Below are positions 1-9,209 of a stretch of 64,000 nucleotides of DNA, in pieces. The notes under the pieces are model-generated. The model made no database searches. It was not told the origin of the DNA and saw only the letters and a program-made list of their open reading frames with translations. Every line of letters starts with the position of its first letter. The stretch's first letter is position 1. Origin of the DNA: an uncultured Clostridia bacterium (GTDB lineage: Bacteria > Bacillota > Clostridia > TANB77 > CAG-508); contig CANQGE010000006.1 in NCBI GenBank assembly GCA_947601495.1, forward strand, positions 8,190-72,189. The letters are read 5' to 3'. A program made the translations under genes and the position numbers.

Positions 1-1499
1 TCCATTGGTTAGATAACATTCAAGACTGGTGTATATCTCGTCAATTATGGTGGGGACATAGAATACCAGCATATTATTGCGAAGATTGTGGGAAAATTAT
101 TGTATCTAAAAATTCTCCAGAAAAATGTACAAAATGTGGAAGCAAAAATTTAAAACAAGATCCAGATACATTGGACACTTGGTTTAGCTCAGCATTATGG
201 CCATTTTCTACATTAGGCTGGCCAAATGAAAATTCAGAAGATTATAAAGAATTTTATCCAACACAAACATTAGTTACAGGATTTGATATTATAACTTTCT
301 GGATTTCTAGAATGATGACTCAAGGCTTAGAGTTTACAAATCAAGTACCATTTAAAGATGTTTTAGTTCACGGAATTGTAAGAGATAATCTTGGAAGAAA
401 AATGTCTAAAACACTTGGAAATGGAATAGATCCATTAGATGTAATAGAAGAACATGGAACAGATGCTTTAAGATTTTCACTTCTTTCTGGAACAACAATG
501 GGAAATGATATTAGATTTATGCCAGAAAAAGTAGAACAAGCTTCAAACTTTGCAAACAAAATTTGGAATGCTGCAAAATTTATAACTATGAATTTAGCTG
601 ATGATGAAAAAGTAAAAGAGTTTGAACTTGAAGTATTTGAAAAAAACCATAAATATAATCCAAATCTATTAAAAATAGAAGACAAATGGATTTTAAATAA
701 ATTAGATAAATTAATTGCAGATGTTACTAAAAACATTGATAATTACGACTTAGGAATTGCACTTGATAAAATTTATTCATTTATTTGGAATGAATTTTGC
801 GATTGGTATATTGAAATGGTTAAACCAAGAATTTATAGTGAAGACGAAGAAACAAAAATTGAAGTAAGTTACGTTTTAAATCATGTTTTTACATCTTCTT
901 TAAAACTACTACATCCATTTATGCCTTTTGTAACTTCTGAAATATATTCAAAATTAATATGCTCTGGAACAACAGATTTAATGATAAGTAGTTGGCCAAA
1001 CATCATTGAGGAATTTGCATTTGAAGAAGAGGAACAAACTGTTGAAAAATTGAAAAAGTTAATAGCAGAAATAAGAAATGTTAGAACAAAAATGAATGTT
1101 CATCCATCTAAGAAATCAAAATTATTAATTATTTCAAGCAAGCTAGATAAAGAATTAAAAGAATCTGAAGGATTTTTAATTAAACTTGGATTTGCAAATG
1201 AAATTGTTTTTGTAAAAAATGAAAAAGAAATTCCTCAAAATGCTGTTTCAATAGTAGTAGATGATTTAAAAGTATTTATTCCTTTTGAAGAATTAGTAGA
1301 TATTGAAGAAGAAATAAAAAGGCTTGAGGGAGAGAAAACAAAACTTGAAGCAGAAGTTTTAAGAGGAGAAAAAATGCTTTCAAATCCAGGCTTTGTAAAT
1401 AAAGCGCCAGAGAAAAAAGTAAATGAAGAAAAAGCAAAATTAGAAAACTATAAACAAATGCTTATAAACGTTGAAGAAAGACTAAACAGTTTGACATAA
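1..1499 (+). CDS. valS: valine--tRNA ligase, 3' portion (5' end upstream of window)
   Basis: Frame 3 open from window edge (HWLDNIQDWCISRQLWWGHRIPAYY...), KMSKT class-I signature, long C-terminal coiled coil typical of ValRS; stop TAA 1497-1499. Confidence 0.93.
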   Translation, partial: HWLDNIQDWCISRQLWWGHRIPAYYCEDCGKIIVSKNSPEKCTKCGSKNLKQDPDTLDTWFSSALWPFSTLGWPNENSEDYKEFYPTQTLVTGFDIITFWISRMMTQGLEFTNQVPFKDVLVHGIVRDNLGRKMSKTLGNGIDPLDVIEEHGTDALRFSLLSGTTMGNDIRFMPEKVEQASNFANKIWNAAKFITMNLADDEKVKEFELEVFEKNHKYNPNLLKIEDKWILNKLDKLIADVTKNIDNYDLGIALDKIYSFIWNEFCDWYIEMVKPRIYSEDEETKIEVSYVLNHVFTSSLKLLHPFMPFVTSEIYSKLICSGTTDLMISSWPNIIEEFAFEEEEQTVEKLKKLIAEIRNVRTKMNVHPSKKSKLLIISSKLDKELKESEGFLIKLGFANEIVFVKNEKEIPQNAVSIVVDDLKVFIPFEELVDIEEEIKRLEGEKTKLEAEVLRGEKMLSNPGFVNKAPEKKVNEEKAKLENYKQMLINVEERLNSLT

Positions 1500-1519
1500 G
1501 TGCAAAATTATGGTATAAT
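1491..1519 (+). promoter_or_regulatory. sigma-A type promoter TTGACA-17-TATAAT with TG extension; -35 abuts the valS stop codon
   Basis: TTGACA 1491-1496, TG 1511-1512, TATAAT 1514-1519, facing the GC-rich ORF at 1603. Confidence 0.55.
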
Positions 1520-1602
1520 AATATTGAATTTGCGAGTATTTTACCGCAAATGGTATCAAAGCCATGCAATGCGACCTGTAAAGAAGAAAGGAGTGAATAA
1601 AC

Positions 1603-2082
1603 ATGGCTAACTCGGAGGATTTGACTTGTTACCTTGTGGGGCGGTACATCAAGAAGAACTATCACATCAAGTTCATCACCGATGAGGACTTGATTGAGGT
1701 TCCGAATGGAAAGTACAGTGCCTTTGGCATGAACAGGGAGAGAGTGTTCGTTGTCTGGGTTGGACACACACTGGTTGTTGCGTCCGTATTCCAGAACGGT
1801 AGTTACGTTACTCGAGACTACGACATGACCTACAAGGGCGAAGAAGGCGATCGCTCCGTCCATTACTACGAGTTCTATTCCTACGACGAATACAAGAAGA
1901 CGATCGCCAAGGTATTGGAAATGATGAATGACGAGTGCGATACCAAGAAGATTAGCGAGGATGAGGTGATTAAAGTTCCTGGAGCGTATCCAGTGTACGT
2001 GGCCTGTTTCGGCGAGTTTCTCGTTATGGCACGGGTTTACACGAGCACCAACATCGAGGTCGAAACTCGATACATCAACTGA
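1603..2082 (+). CDS. hypothetical protein, 159 aa, compositionally foreign (about 50% GC)
   Basis: AAGGAG 1588-1593 upstream of ATG; 159 uninterrupted codons using AAG/ATC/GAG/TAC instead of host AAA/ATA/GAA/TAT; GC hairpin terminator follows; no family recognised. Confidence 0.7.
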   Translation: MANSEDLTCYLVGRYIKKNYHIKFITDEDLIEVPNGKYSAFGMNRERVFVVWVGHTLVVASVFQNGSYVTRDYDMTYKGEEGDRSVHYYEFYSYDEYKKTIAKVLEMMNDECDTKKISEDEVIKVPGAYPVYVACFGEFLVMARVYTSTNIEVETRYIN

Positions 2083-2098
2083 TAGTCAAATCCTTCAG

Positions 2099-2127
2099 CG
2101 CCCTTCTCATGAGAGGGGCGTTTGAAA
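2099..2127 (+). terminator. rho-independent terminator of the 159-aa ORF
   Basis: CGCCCTTCTC / GAGAGGGGCG inverted repeat followed by TTTGAAATTTT. Confidence 0.7.
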
Positions 2128-2165
2128 TTTTAATAATAAATATAGGGGCAAAGAAAGGAAAATTT

Positions 2166-2921
2166 ATGAAAAACTTTGTCCCTAATTTTTTTATTTTAAT
2201 AAAAGAAATTTCTAAAAAAATAAATAACTTATTTTTCCACAACATATGCAATATATGTGGAAAGCCAAATGAAAATTTTATTTGTGAAAATTGCCAAAAA
2301 AGAATTAAAAAATTTGAAAAATATAAAATAATAAATTCAAAAACATTAGAACGTCAAATATTAAATTTTTATCAAACTAAATCTTATGATGAATTTCAAT
2401 CAAATTATAATTCAAAAATTTATTTTAATAATCTTTTTTACTGTTTCGAATATAAAGGATTAATTAGAAAATTGCTTTTAAAATATAAATTTTCAGGAGC
2501 ATCATACTTTTGTCACTTTTTTGCAAATGTAATATTAAATAACAAAAAAATTAATGAAATTTTAAAATTTTATGATATAATGATTCCAGTTCCGATGGAT
2601 AAAATTAAAAAGCTTAAAAGAGGCTATAATCAAACAGAACTTATAGCAAATATCATAAAAAAAGAAAAGAAATTAACAGTAAAAGCTGATGCTATAAAGA
2701 AAATAAAACCTACAAAAACTCAGAGCAAATTAAATTTTTTTGAAAGACAAGAAAACATAAGAGAAGCTTTTTTTATAGAAAACAAAGAAGCCATAAAAAA
2801 CAAAAATATAGTTTTATTTGATGATATTTATACAACAGGAGCAACAGTAAATGAAATTTCAAAAATACTAAAGCAGGTTGGAGCAAAGAAAATCTTAGTT
2901 TTAGTTATTGCTAAAGATTAA
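2166..2921 (+). CDS. comFC: ComF family protein / amidophosphoribosyltransferase-like (ComFC)
   Basis: N-terminal CxxC...CxxC (CNICGK..CENCQK) and C-terminal PRPP-binding loop VLFDDIYTTGATVNE; start moved to ATG 2166 behind AAGAAAGGAAA. Confidence 0.8.
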   Translation: MKNFVPNFFILIKEISKKINNLFFHNICNICGKPNENFICENCQKRIKKFEKYKIINSKTLERQILNFYQTKSYDEFQSNYNSKIYFNNLFYCFEYKGLIRKLLLKYKFSGASYFCHFFANVILNNKKINEILKFYDIMIPVPMDKIKKLKRGYNQTELIANIIKKEKKLTVKADAIKKIKPTKTQSKLNFFERQENIREAFFIENKEAIKNKNIVLFDDIYTTGATVNEISKILKQVGAKKILVLVIAKD

Positions 2922-2971
2922 AATATCGGTTTTTACACCAAATAAAAATACCAAAACTAAAGGAGGATTAG

Positions 2972-4945
2972 ATGGAAGATTTAGTAGAAAGCATATTAGA
3001 TTATGTAAGAGCAGATTATACAGACTATGCCATAATGATAAATGGTGAATGGGGTAGTGGAAAAACTTATTTTTGGAATAATAAAATAAGAAATAAAATA
3101 GATTCATTATCTTTAAATGGAAAAAAATATTCAACTATATATATGTCTTTATATGGAATTTCTAACTTAGAAGATATAAGCAAAAAAATATTTATTGAAA
3201 CTACTCAATTAATGGATAAAGACATGAAAAAATATATGATGGCACATGATACAACATCTATTCCAGAGTATGCTAAAACAGGGCTAGATATGGCACATCT
3301 TTTTGGAGCAAAACAAACTGGAGATAAATTTGATTATGGTCAATTTTTCTCAACAGATGATAAGGTTTTATGCTTTGATGACTTAGAGAGAGCAAACGTA
3401 GATGTTATAGATATTTTAGGATATATTAACAATTTTGTTGAGCATGACCACATTAAAACAATTATTATTTGTAATGAAAAAGAGCTTGCAACAAAACTTA
3501 AAAGCTCTAACTTAGAGATGAAAACTTTTATAGCAACATATCTTTTAGATAAAGAAGGAACTCTTTTAAATGCAGATAAACCACTAGTTGAAAAAATTAC
3601 TGAGAAAATTGAATATATATTTGACAAAGCAAATGATTATGAAAGAATAAAAGAAAAACTTATTGGTGAAACTTTTGAATATGCTCCACAGTTTAGCTAT
3701 ATAATTAATGGACTTTTAATGAGATATGAGTCAAATCCAGATTTAATTAGATTTTTAAGAGAACACACAAATTTAATTACAAATACTTTTATAAAATCTG
3801 GAACTAGAAATTTAAGAATTTTGAAACATGCTTTAAACGATTTCAAAAAGATTTATGAAACAGTAAATAAATTTTATCCAAACACAAATTTAAGAGTTTT
3901 ACAAACTATGCTAATATTTACAATTGCTGTATCTTTTGAAATAAAAGCAGGAAAAATTACTAAAGATAAATTTGTAAATATTAATTCAAATGAAGAATAT
4001 AAAGCAATATTAGTTTCTTCAAGAGTTTTAATGGATAATAGACAATTTTATATAAAAGAATTCGATAACAACTATTATTTCAATTTTAAATCAGAATATA
4101 GATTCTTCAAATTCATAGAAATGTATGTAAGAGACAGAATATTTGATATGAAAGTATTCAAACAAGATATGGAAATGATAATTGAAACAATAGATACAGA
4201 AAAACTACCAGGATATAAAAGACTACTTATTGAAGAATATTGGAAAATATCAGATGACCAATTTCCAGCAGTTATTGAGGAAGTAATTGAAAATGTGGAA
4301 AATGGAGATTTAACACTTATTGAACTTGTTAAATTATTTGCATATTTTAGCTATTTTTCAAGAAAAAATTTAATTCCTTATGATATGCCAACAATAAAAG
4401 AAAAATTTTTAGAAGGAATGGATTTAGTTGCAGAAAAATCAGAATATTGTAGCAATATATCAGAAGAACTTTCAAGAATAGGAATTGATGTTGGCGAAGA
4501 CATGAAAGATATTTTAAAACATTTCCATGAACTTAATAAAGAATTAAAGAAAAAAATGTATAAAGATAAAGCAGAAGAAATATTTAAATGTATACCAATG
4601 AAAATGGAAGTATTTTATGACAAGTTTACTTCTGAATGTATGGAAAAACCAATATTAAATTATTATGATACTTATAAAATGGTACAGAGAATTACTTGTG
4701 CAAGCAATGAAGATATAGTTAAAATAAAAGAAATGCTATTAGATAGAGCAAGAAAAAATAAATCACAATTGTCATCAGAATTAGATTTTATGGTAGATTT
4801 AAAATCAGAGCTTGAAAAATATTATAAAGATAAAGAAACAAGTATAAAAACAGTTATGATAAAAGAATTTACAGAAGATTTGCAAACAATAATAGATATT
4901 TATAGTGATATGCCAAAGAAAACTATATTTACAAGAAAAAAGTAG
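2972..4945 (+). CDS. KAP-family P-loop NTPase-like protein
   Basis: Walker A GEWGSGKT near N-terminus and KAP-type Walker B CFDDLER; AAAGGAGG RBS; 657 aa with long helical C-terminal region. Confidence 0.65.
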   Translation: MEDLVESILDYVRADYTDYAIMINGEWGSGKTYFWNNKIRNKIDSLSLNGKKYSTIYMSLYGISNLEDISKKIFIETTQLMDKDMKKYMMAHDTTSIPEYAKTGLDMAHLFGAKQTGDKFDYGQFFSTDDKVLCFDDLERANVDVIDILGYINNFVEHDHIKTIIICNEKELATKLKSSNLEMKTFIATYLLDKEGTLLNADKPLVEKITEKIEYIFDKANDYERIKEKLIGETFEYAPQFSYIINGLLMRYESNPDLIRFLREHTNLITNTFIKSGTRNLRILKHALNDFKKIYETVNKFYPNTNLRVLQTMLIFTIAVSFEIKAGKITKDKFVNINSNEEYKAILVSSRVLMDNRQFYIKEFDNNYYFNFKSEYRFFKFIEMYVRDRIFDMKVFKQDMEMIIETIDTEKLPGYKRLLIEEYWKISDDQFPAVIEEVIENVENGDLTLIELVKLFAYFSYFSRKNLIPYDMPTIKEKFLEGMDLVAEKSEYCSNISEELSRIGIDVGEDMKDILKHFHELNKELKKKMYKDKAEEIFKCIPMKMEVFYDKFTSECMEKPILNYYDTYKMVQRITCASNEDIVKIKEMLLDRARKNKSQLSSELDFMVDLKSELEKYYKDKETSIKTVMIKEFTEDLQTIIDIYSDMPKKTIFTRKK

Positions 4946-4989
4946 ATGAAAATTAAAGAACAAAATACTTTTTTAAGAAAGGAAATAAT

Positions 4990-5823
4990 ATGTTTAAAAT
5001 AGGTTGTCATTTATCTGCATCTAAAGGATATCTAGATATGGCAAATGTTAGCGAAAAAATCGGAGCAAATACTTTTCAATTTTTTACTAGAAATCCTAGA
5101 GGCGGGCAAGCTAAAGATATAGATGAAAATGATGTAAAAGCATTTTTAGAAAAAGCAAAAGAAATTGGAATAGAAGTTATTTTAGCACATGCACCATATA
5201 CATTAAATTGTGCTTCAAGCGATGAAAAAATTAGAAATTTTGCTAAAGAAACGATGAAAGATGATTTAATGAGAATGGAATATACTCCAAATAATTTATA
5301 CAATTTTCATCCAGGAAGTCACGTTGGACAAGGTGCCGATGTAGGAATAAAATATATTATTGAAATTTTAAATGAAGTATTAAAGGAAGACCAAACAACA
5401 ACTGTTTTATTAGAAACTATGGCTGGAAAAGGTTCTGAAATAGGTAGAAATTTTGAAGAACTAAAACAAATTATAGACGGAGTAAAATTAAAAAATAAAC
5501 TTGGTGTTTGCTTAGATACTTGCCATGTAAATGATGCAGGATATGATATTGTAAATAATTTAGATGGTGTACTTGAAGAATTTGATAGAATTATAGGACT
5601 TGACAAATTAAAAGCTATTCACATAAACGATAGTAAAAATCCACTTGGAGCACACAAAGATAGACATGAAAAAATTGGAGAAGGCACAATTGGAATAGAA
5701 GCTTTTGAGCGAATTATTAATCACGAAAAATTAAGAAACTTACCATTTTTCTTAGAAACACCAAATGAATTAGATGGATATGAAAAAGAAATAAAATTAT
5801 TAAAAAATTTATATAAAAATTAA
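4990..5823 (+). CDS. nfo: deoxyribonuclease IV (endonuclease IV)
   Basis: Collinear with E. coli Nfo: [47 protein letters not shown]. Confidence 0.92.
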   Translation: MFKIGCHLSASKGYLDMANVSEKIGANTFQFFTRNPRGGQAKDIDENDVKAFLEKAKEIGIEVILAHAPYTLNCASSDEKIRNFAKETMKDDLMRMEYTPNNLYNFHPGSHVGQGADVGIKYIIEILNEVLKEDQTTTVLLETMAGKGSEIGRNFEELKQIIDGVKLKNKLGVCLDTCHVNDAGYDIVNNLDGVLEEFDRIIGLDKLKAIHINDSKNPLGAHKDRHEKIGEGTIGIEAFERIINHEKLRNLPFFLETPNELDGYEKEIKLLKNLYKN

Positions 5824-5965
5824 TAAATTTTTAAGGTTAATTTAAGAATCATCGTATAAAATTATTTCATACTAAAGAGAAGGGAGAGATGCGATGGTTC
5901 TTTAATTTTATGTACAAAAAGAAGAATAACAAAAAAATAAATAAAATCCCCAAATAAATAAAAAA

Positions 5966-6000
5966 AGAAGGTTCTTATTTAATAAGAATCTTCTTTTTTT
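5966..6000 (+). terminator. rho-independent terminator
   Basis: AGAAGGTTCTTATT / AATAAGAATCTTCT stem followed by T7. Confidence 0.75.
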
Positions 6001-6005
6001 CGCTT

Positions 6006-6173
6006 CTTATAGTACATATATATTATTTTTCTAAGTTACTTGTTGTCGCAATCTTTTTATTAAAAATCTTAAATTTAAAATAATAATAATAAAGATTGCT
6101 CCAATCGCCCTTCGCTTACGCTTCGGTTGGTCGCTACGCGTAACTTTAAAAAATAATATATATGTACTATAAG
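6006..6173 (+). repeat. structured intergenic repeat, copy 1 (34-bp palindromic arms around a conserved GC-rich core)
   Basis: Arms CTTATAGTACATATATATTATTTTTCTAAGTTAC (6006-6039) and their reverse complement (6140-6173). Core TTGTTGTCGCAATCTT...AAGATTGCTCCAATCGCCCTTCGCTTACGCTTCGGTTGGTCGCTACGCG is nearly identical to 47922-48013 and 50745-50834. Confidence 0.88.
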
Positions 6174-6325
6174 AACGTTATATATAAATATTATGAAAAA
6201 CTATAAAATTTATTATTTATAAACTCTATAAATTTATATAAAATACCAGAATTTAAATTTACAAAATATCTTTACAAATATATGTAAAATTGATAAAATA
6301 TGAAAAAATTTAAAGGAGATAAAAA

Positions 6326-7240
6326 ATGAAGCATGTAATTGATATTAAGGATTTATCCGTTGAAGAAATCGATAGTTTGATTAAAGTAGCTAAAGATATT
6401 ATCAATCACAAAGAGAAATATTCTCATAAATGTGATGGTAAGAAATTAGCTACTTTATTTTTTGAGCCAAGTACTAGAACAAGATTAAGTTTTGAATCAG
6501 CAATGATGGAATTAGGTGGAAATGTAATAGGATTTTCAGAAGCCTCATCAAGTTCTGTTTCAAAAGGAGAAACAGTAGCAGATACAATAAGAGTTGTAGG
6601 ATGTTATAGTGACATCATAGCAATGAGACATCCAAAAGAAGGAGCTCCTTATGTTGCATCAATGAAATCAGAAGTTCCAATTATAAATGCTGGAGATGGT
6701 GGACATAACCATCCAACACAAACTTTAACAGATTTACTAACAATAGAATGTGAAAAAGGAAGACTAGATAATTTAACAATAGGACTTTGTGGAGACTTAA
6801 AATTTGGTAGAACGGTTCATTCTTTAATAACAGCTATGTCAAGATATAAAAATATAAAATTTGTACTTATTTCACCAGATGAATTAAAGCTTCCAGAGTA
6901 TATTAAAAAAGATATTTTGGAGAAAAATAATATAGAATATGTAGAAACAAAAAGTATGGATGAATATATGAAGGATTTAGACATCCTTTATATGACAAGA
7001 GTACAAAGAGAAAGATTCTTTAATGAAGAAGATTATGTACGTTTAAAAGATTACTATATTTTAAATAAAGCAAAATTAGAAAATGCTAAAAAAGATTTAT
7101 GCATTTTGCATCCATTACCAAGAGTTAATGAAATTTCAACAGATGTTGATGATGATCCAAGAGCTTGCTATTTTAAACAAGTAAGATATGGAAAATATAT
7201 TAGAATGGCATTAATTTTAAAATTATTGGAGGTAAAATAA
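6326..7240 (+). CDS. pyrB: aspartate carbamoyltransferase catalytic subunit
   Basis: STRTR, HPTQ and HPLPR motifs; AAAGGAG RBS. Confidence 0.95.
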   Translation: MKHVIDIKDLSVEEIDSLIKVAKDIINHKEKYSHKCDGKKLATLFFEPSTRTRLSFESAMMELGGNVIGFSEASSSSVSKGETVADTIRVVGCYSDIIAMRHPKEGAPYVASMKSEVPIINAGDGGHNHPTQTLTDLLTIECEKGRLDNLTIGLCGDLKFGRTVHSLITAMSRYKNIKFVLISPDELKLPEYIKKDILEKNNIEYVETKSMDEYMKDLDILYMTRVQRERFFNEEDYVRLKDYYILNKAKLENAKKDLCILHPLPRVNEISTDVDDDPRACYFKQVRYGKYIRMALILKLLEVK

Positions 7241-7665
7241 TGAATATAGATAGTATAACAAACGGATATGTAATAGATCACATTAAAGCAGGAAATGCAA
7301 TGAAAATATATGAGCTTCTTAATTTAAATAAACTAGATTGTCAAGTAGCAATTATAACAAATGCAAAAAGCCAAAAAACTGGAACAAAAGACATTATAAA
7401 AATAGATAAAGATATAGATATCGATTTTGAAACCTTAGGATTTTTAGACCATAATATTACTGTAAATATAGTAAAAGACAGCAAAATAATTGAAAAAAGA
7501 AAATTAGACTTACCAGAAACTATTATTAATGTTGCAAAGTGCAATAATCCAAGATGTATAACTTCAATAGAAAAATATTTAGATCAAATTTTTGTTTTAA
7601 CAGATAAAGAAAATGAAGTTTATAGATGCAAATATTGTGAAATGAGTTTAAAAAACAAAGAATAA
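7240..7665 (+). CDS. pyrI: aspartate carbamoyltransferase regulatory subunit
   Basis: Overlaps pyrB stop; N-terminal GYVIDHI and C-terminal Zn cluster CNNPRC...CKYC. Confidence 0.9.
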   Translation: MNIDSITNGYVIDHIKAGNAMKIYELLNLNKLDCQVAIITNAKSQKTGTKDIIKIDKDIDIDFETLGFLDHNITVNIVKDSKIIEKRKLDLPETIINVAKCNNPRCITSIEKYLDQIFVLTDKENEVYRCKYCEMSLKNKE

Positions 7666-7759
7666 ATAATCATTGAAATTTTTATAATTTACAAAAAAAT
7701 GTATATTTTTTTCCTTTTTTGTCATACTAAGAATATAAAAACAAAATAAGGAGGAATTT

Positions 7760-8314
7760 ATGAAAGCAACAGGAGTAGTAAGAAGAATAGATGATTTAGG
7801 TAGAGTGGTTATTCCAAAGGAAATTAGAAAAGTTCACAGAATAAAAGAAGGAGATCCACTTGAAATTTTTACAGATAAAGAAGGAGAAATTATATTAAAA
7901 AAATATTCTCCAATAGGTGAACTTACAGAATTTGCTTCAACTTATGCAGATACTATATCAAAAACAACAGGGCACATTGCTTGTATTACAGATAAAGATA
8001 CAGTTATCGCGGTTGCTGGTGGACCTAAAAAAGAATTTTTAGAAAAAAACTTAAGCAAAGAGCTAGAAGAAGTAATGGAAAATAAGGAAATTTTCAAAAG
8101 CAAAGAAAATAATGAAATTGCTATACCTATAACTCAAAATGAGGGAAGAGAAAGAATTTATAATTCTCAAGTTATATATCCAATAATCACAGATGGTGAT
8201 GTTGTTGGAAGTGTTATACTTCTTTCAAAAGAACCTAATCAAAAAATGGGGGATGCAGAAGATAAAGTTGCACAATCAGCAGCTGGATTTTTAGGAACTC
8301 ATTTAGAAATTTAA
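7760..8314 (+). CDS. spoVT: stage V sporulation protein T (AbrB-family regulator with GAF-like domain)
   Basis: MKATGVVRRIDDLGRVVIPKEIR...EIILKKYSP is near-identical in pattern to B. subtilis SpoVT; length 184 aa. Confidence 0.92.
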   Translation: MKATGVVRRIDDLGRVVIPKEIRKVHRIKEGDPLEIFTDKEGEIILKKYSPIGELTEFASTYADTISKTTGHIACITDKDTVIAVAGGPKKEFLEKNLSKELEEVMENKEIFKSKENNEIAIPITQNEGRERIYNSQVIYPIITDGDVVGSVILLSKEPNQKMGDAEDKVAQSAAGFLGTHLEI

Positions 8315-8334
8315 TAAAATATTGCTTTAGATTG

Positions 8335-8386
8335 AAGTGAGCCCAAACTATTAGGAAAAAGCCTAGTAGAAAGGGTTCATTTTTAA
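8335..8386 (+). terminator. rho-independent terminator after spoVT
   Basis: Nested hairpin GTGAGCCC..CTATTAGG / CCTAGTAG..GGGTTCAT followed by TTTTT. Confidence 0.6.
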
Positions 8387-8541
8387 TCTTTAATTACTAA
8401 TTTATATTATCAAATTCTTCAAATATATTTTGTATCTAAAATGTATTATTAATGTAACATAAAATTTATAGTAAAAAATGTAAAGAAATGTTAAAATCAA
8501 TAAAAAATGAGTGATAAATTCATTTTAGGGAGGACAAAAAT

Positions 8542-9045
8542 ATGGGAATTAATATAAAAGAACTTGAAGAATTAGCGGGAAATGGCGATGTAGGAGCTAT
8601 TTTTGAACTTGGAAAAGCATATTTCGAAGGAAACGGAGTAGAAGCTAACTTCGAAAAAGCTAGAGGATATTTCGAAGTTGCAGCTGAAAGAGGTTCTCAA
8701 ATTTCTAATTATTACTTAGGAAAAATGTATTATAATGGAAATGGTGTAGCAACAAATCATTTAAAAGCAAAAGAATATTTTGAAAAATCAGCTTCAGCAG
8801 ATAATGTATTTTCTACATACTATTTAGGAAAATTATATTACTGGGGAGATGGAGTTGAAAAAGACTACAATAAAGCAAATGAATACAAAAATTCAATATT
8901 AAATAAACCACTATATACAAATCAAAACGCAGGACTTCAAGAATTCTATAGTGTAACAGATTTTGAAGGATTAACAAAAGACTTTGTAGATGAATTGCAA
9001 AACAAAGTTTTATCTGAATATAAAGGTTTATATGGAAAAGAATAG
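8542..9045 (+). CDS. Sel1-like (SLR/TPR) repeat protein
   Basis: Repeated G.GV..(D/N)..KA..YFE.AA....S.YYLGKMYY units. Confidence 0.75.
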   Translation: MGINIKELEELAGNGDVGAIFELGKAYFEGNGVEANFEKARGYFEVAAERGSQISNYYLGKMYYNGNGVATNHLKAKEYFEKSASADNVFSTYYLGKLYYWGDGVEKDYNKANEYKNSILNKPLYTNQNAGLQEFYSVTDFEGLTKDFVDELQNKVLSEYKGLYGKE

Positions 9046-9209
9046 AATAAAATAATATATAACGAAAAGATTTGGATTAAAAAATTCAAATCTTTTTTTG
9101 TTCTTAAAAACACTTTATTAATATTTTTTATTTACATAAATACTTGAAAAATGTAGTAGTTTATAATATAATCTATGAAGTTATTTAAGAGAAATAAGGG
9201 GAGAAAATT

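Noticed and set aside
368-736. Antisense ORFs inside housekeeping genes (for example 368-736 in valS, 41173-41712 and 42939-43379 in carB, 56112-57338 in mutS2, 45244-46587 in the acyl-CoA ligase)
   Set aside because: They are low-complexity Ser/Phe/Leu/Ile-rich translations typical of the antisense of AT-rich coding DNA. They lack RBSs, and the sense genes have unambiguous homology.
1462-1863. 133-aa minus-strand ORF antisense to the 159-aa GC-rich ORF
   Set aside because: No RBS; it runs into the valS 3' end. Long antisense frames are expected at about 50% GC, and the plus-strand ORF has the RBS, promoter and terminator.
5824-6325. PyrR-binding attenuator upstream of pyrB (and upstream of carA at 39640-39909)
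   Set aside because: The conserved PyrR loop (..UCCAGAGAGG..) is absent. The region is instead occupied by a terminator and repeat copy 1.
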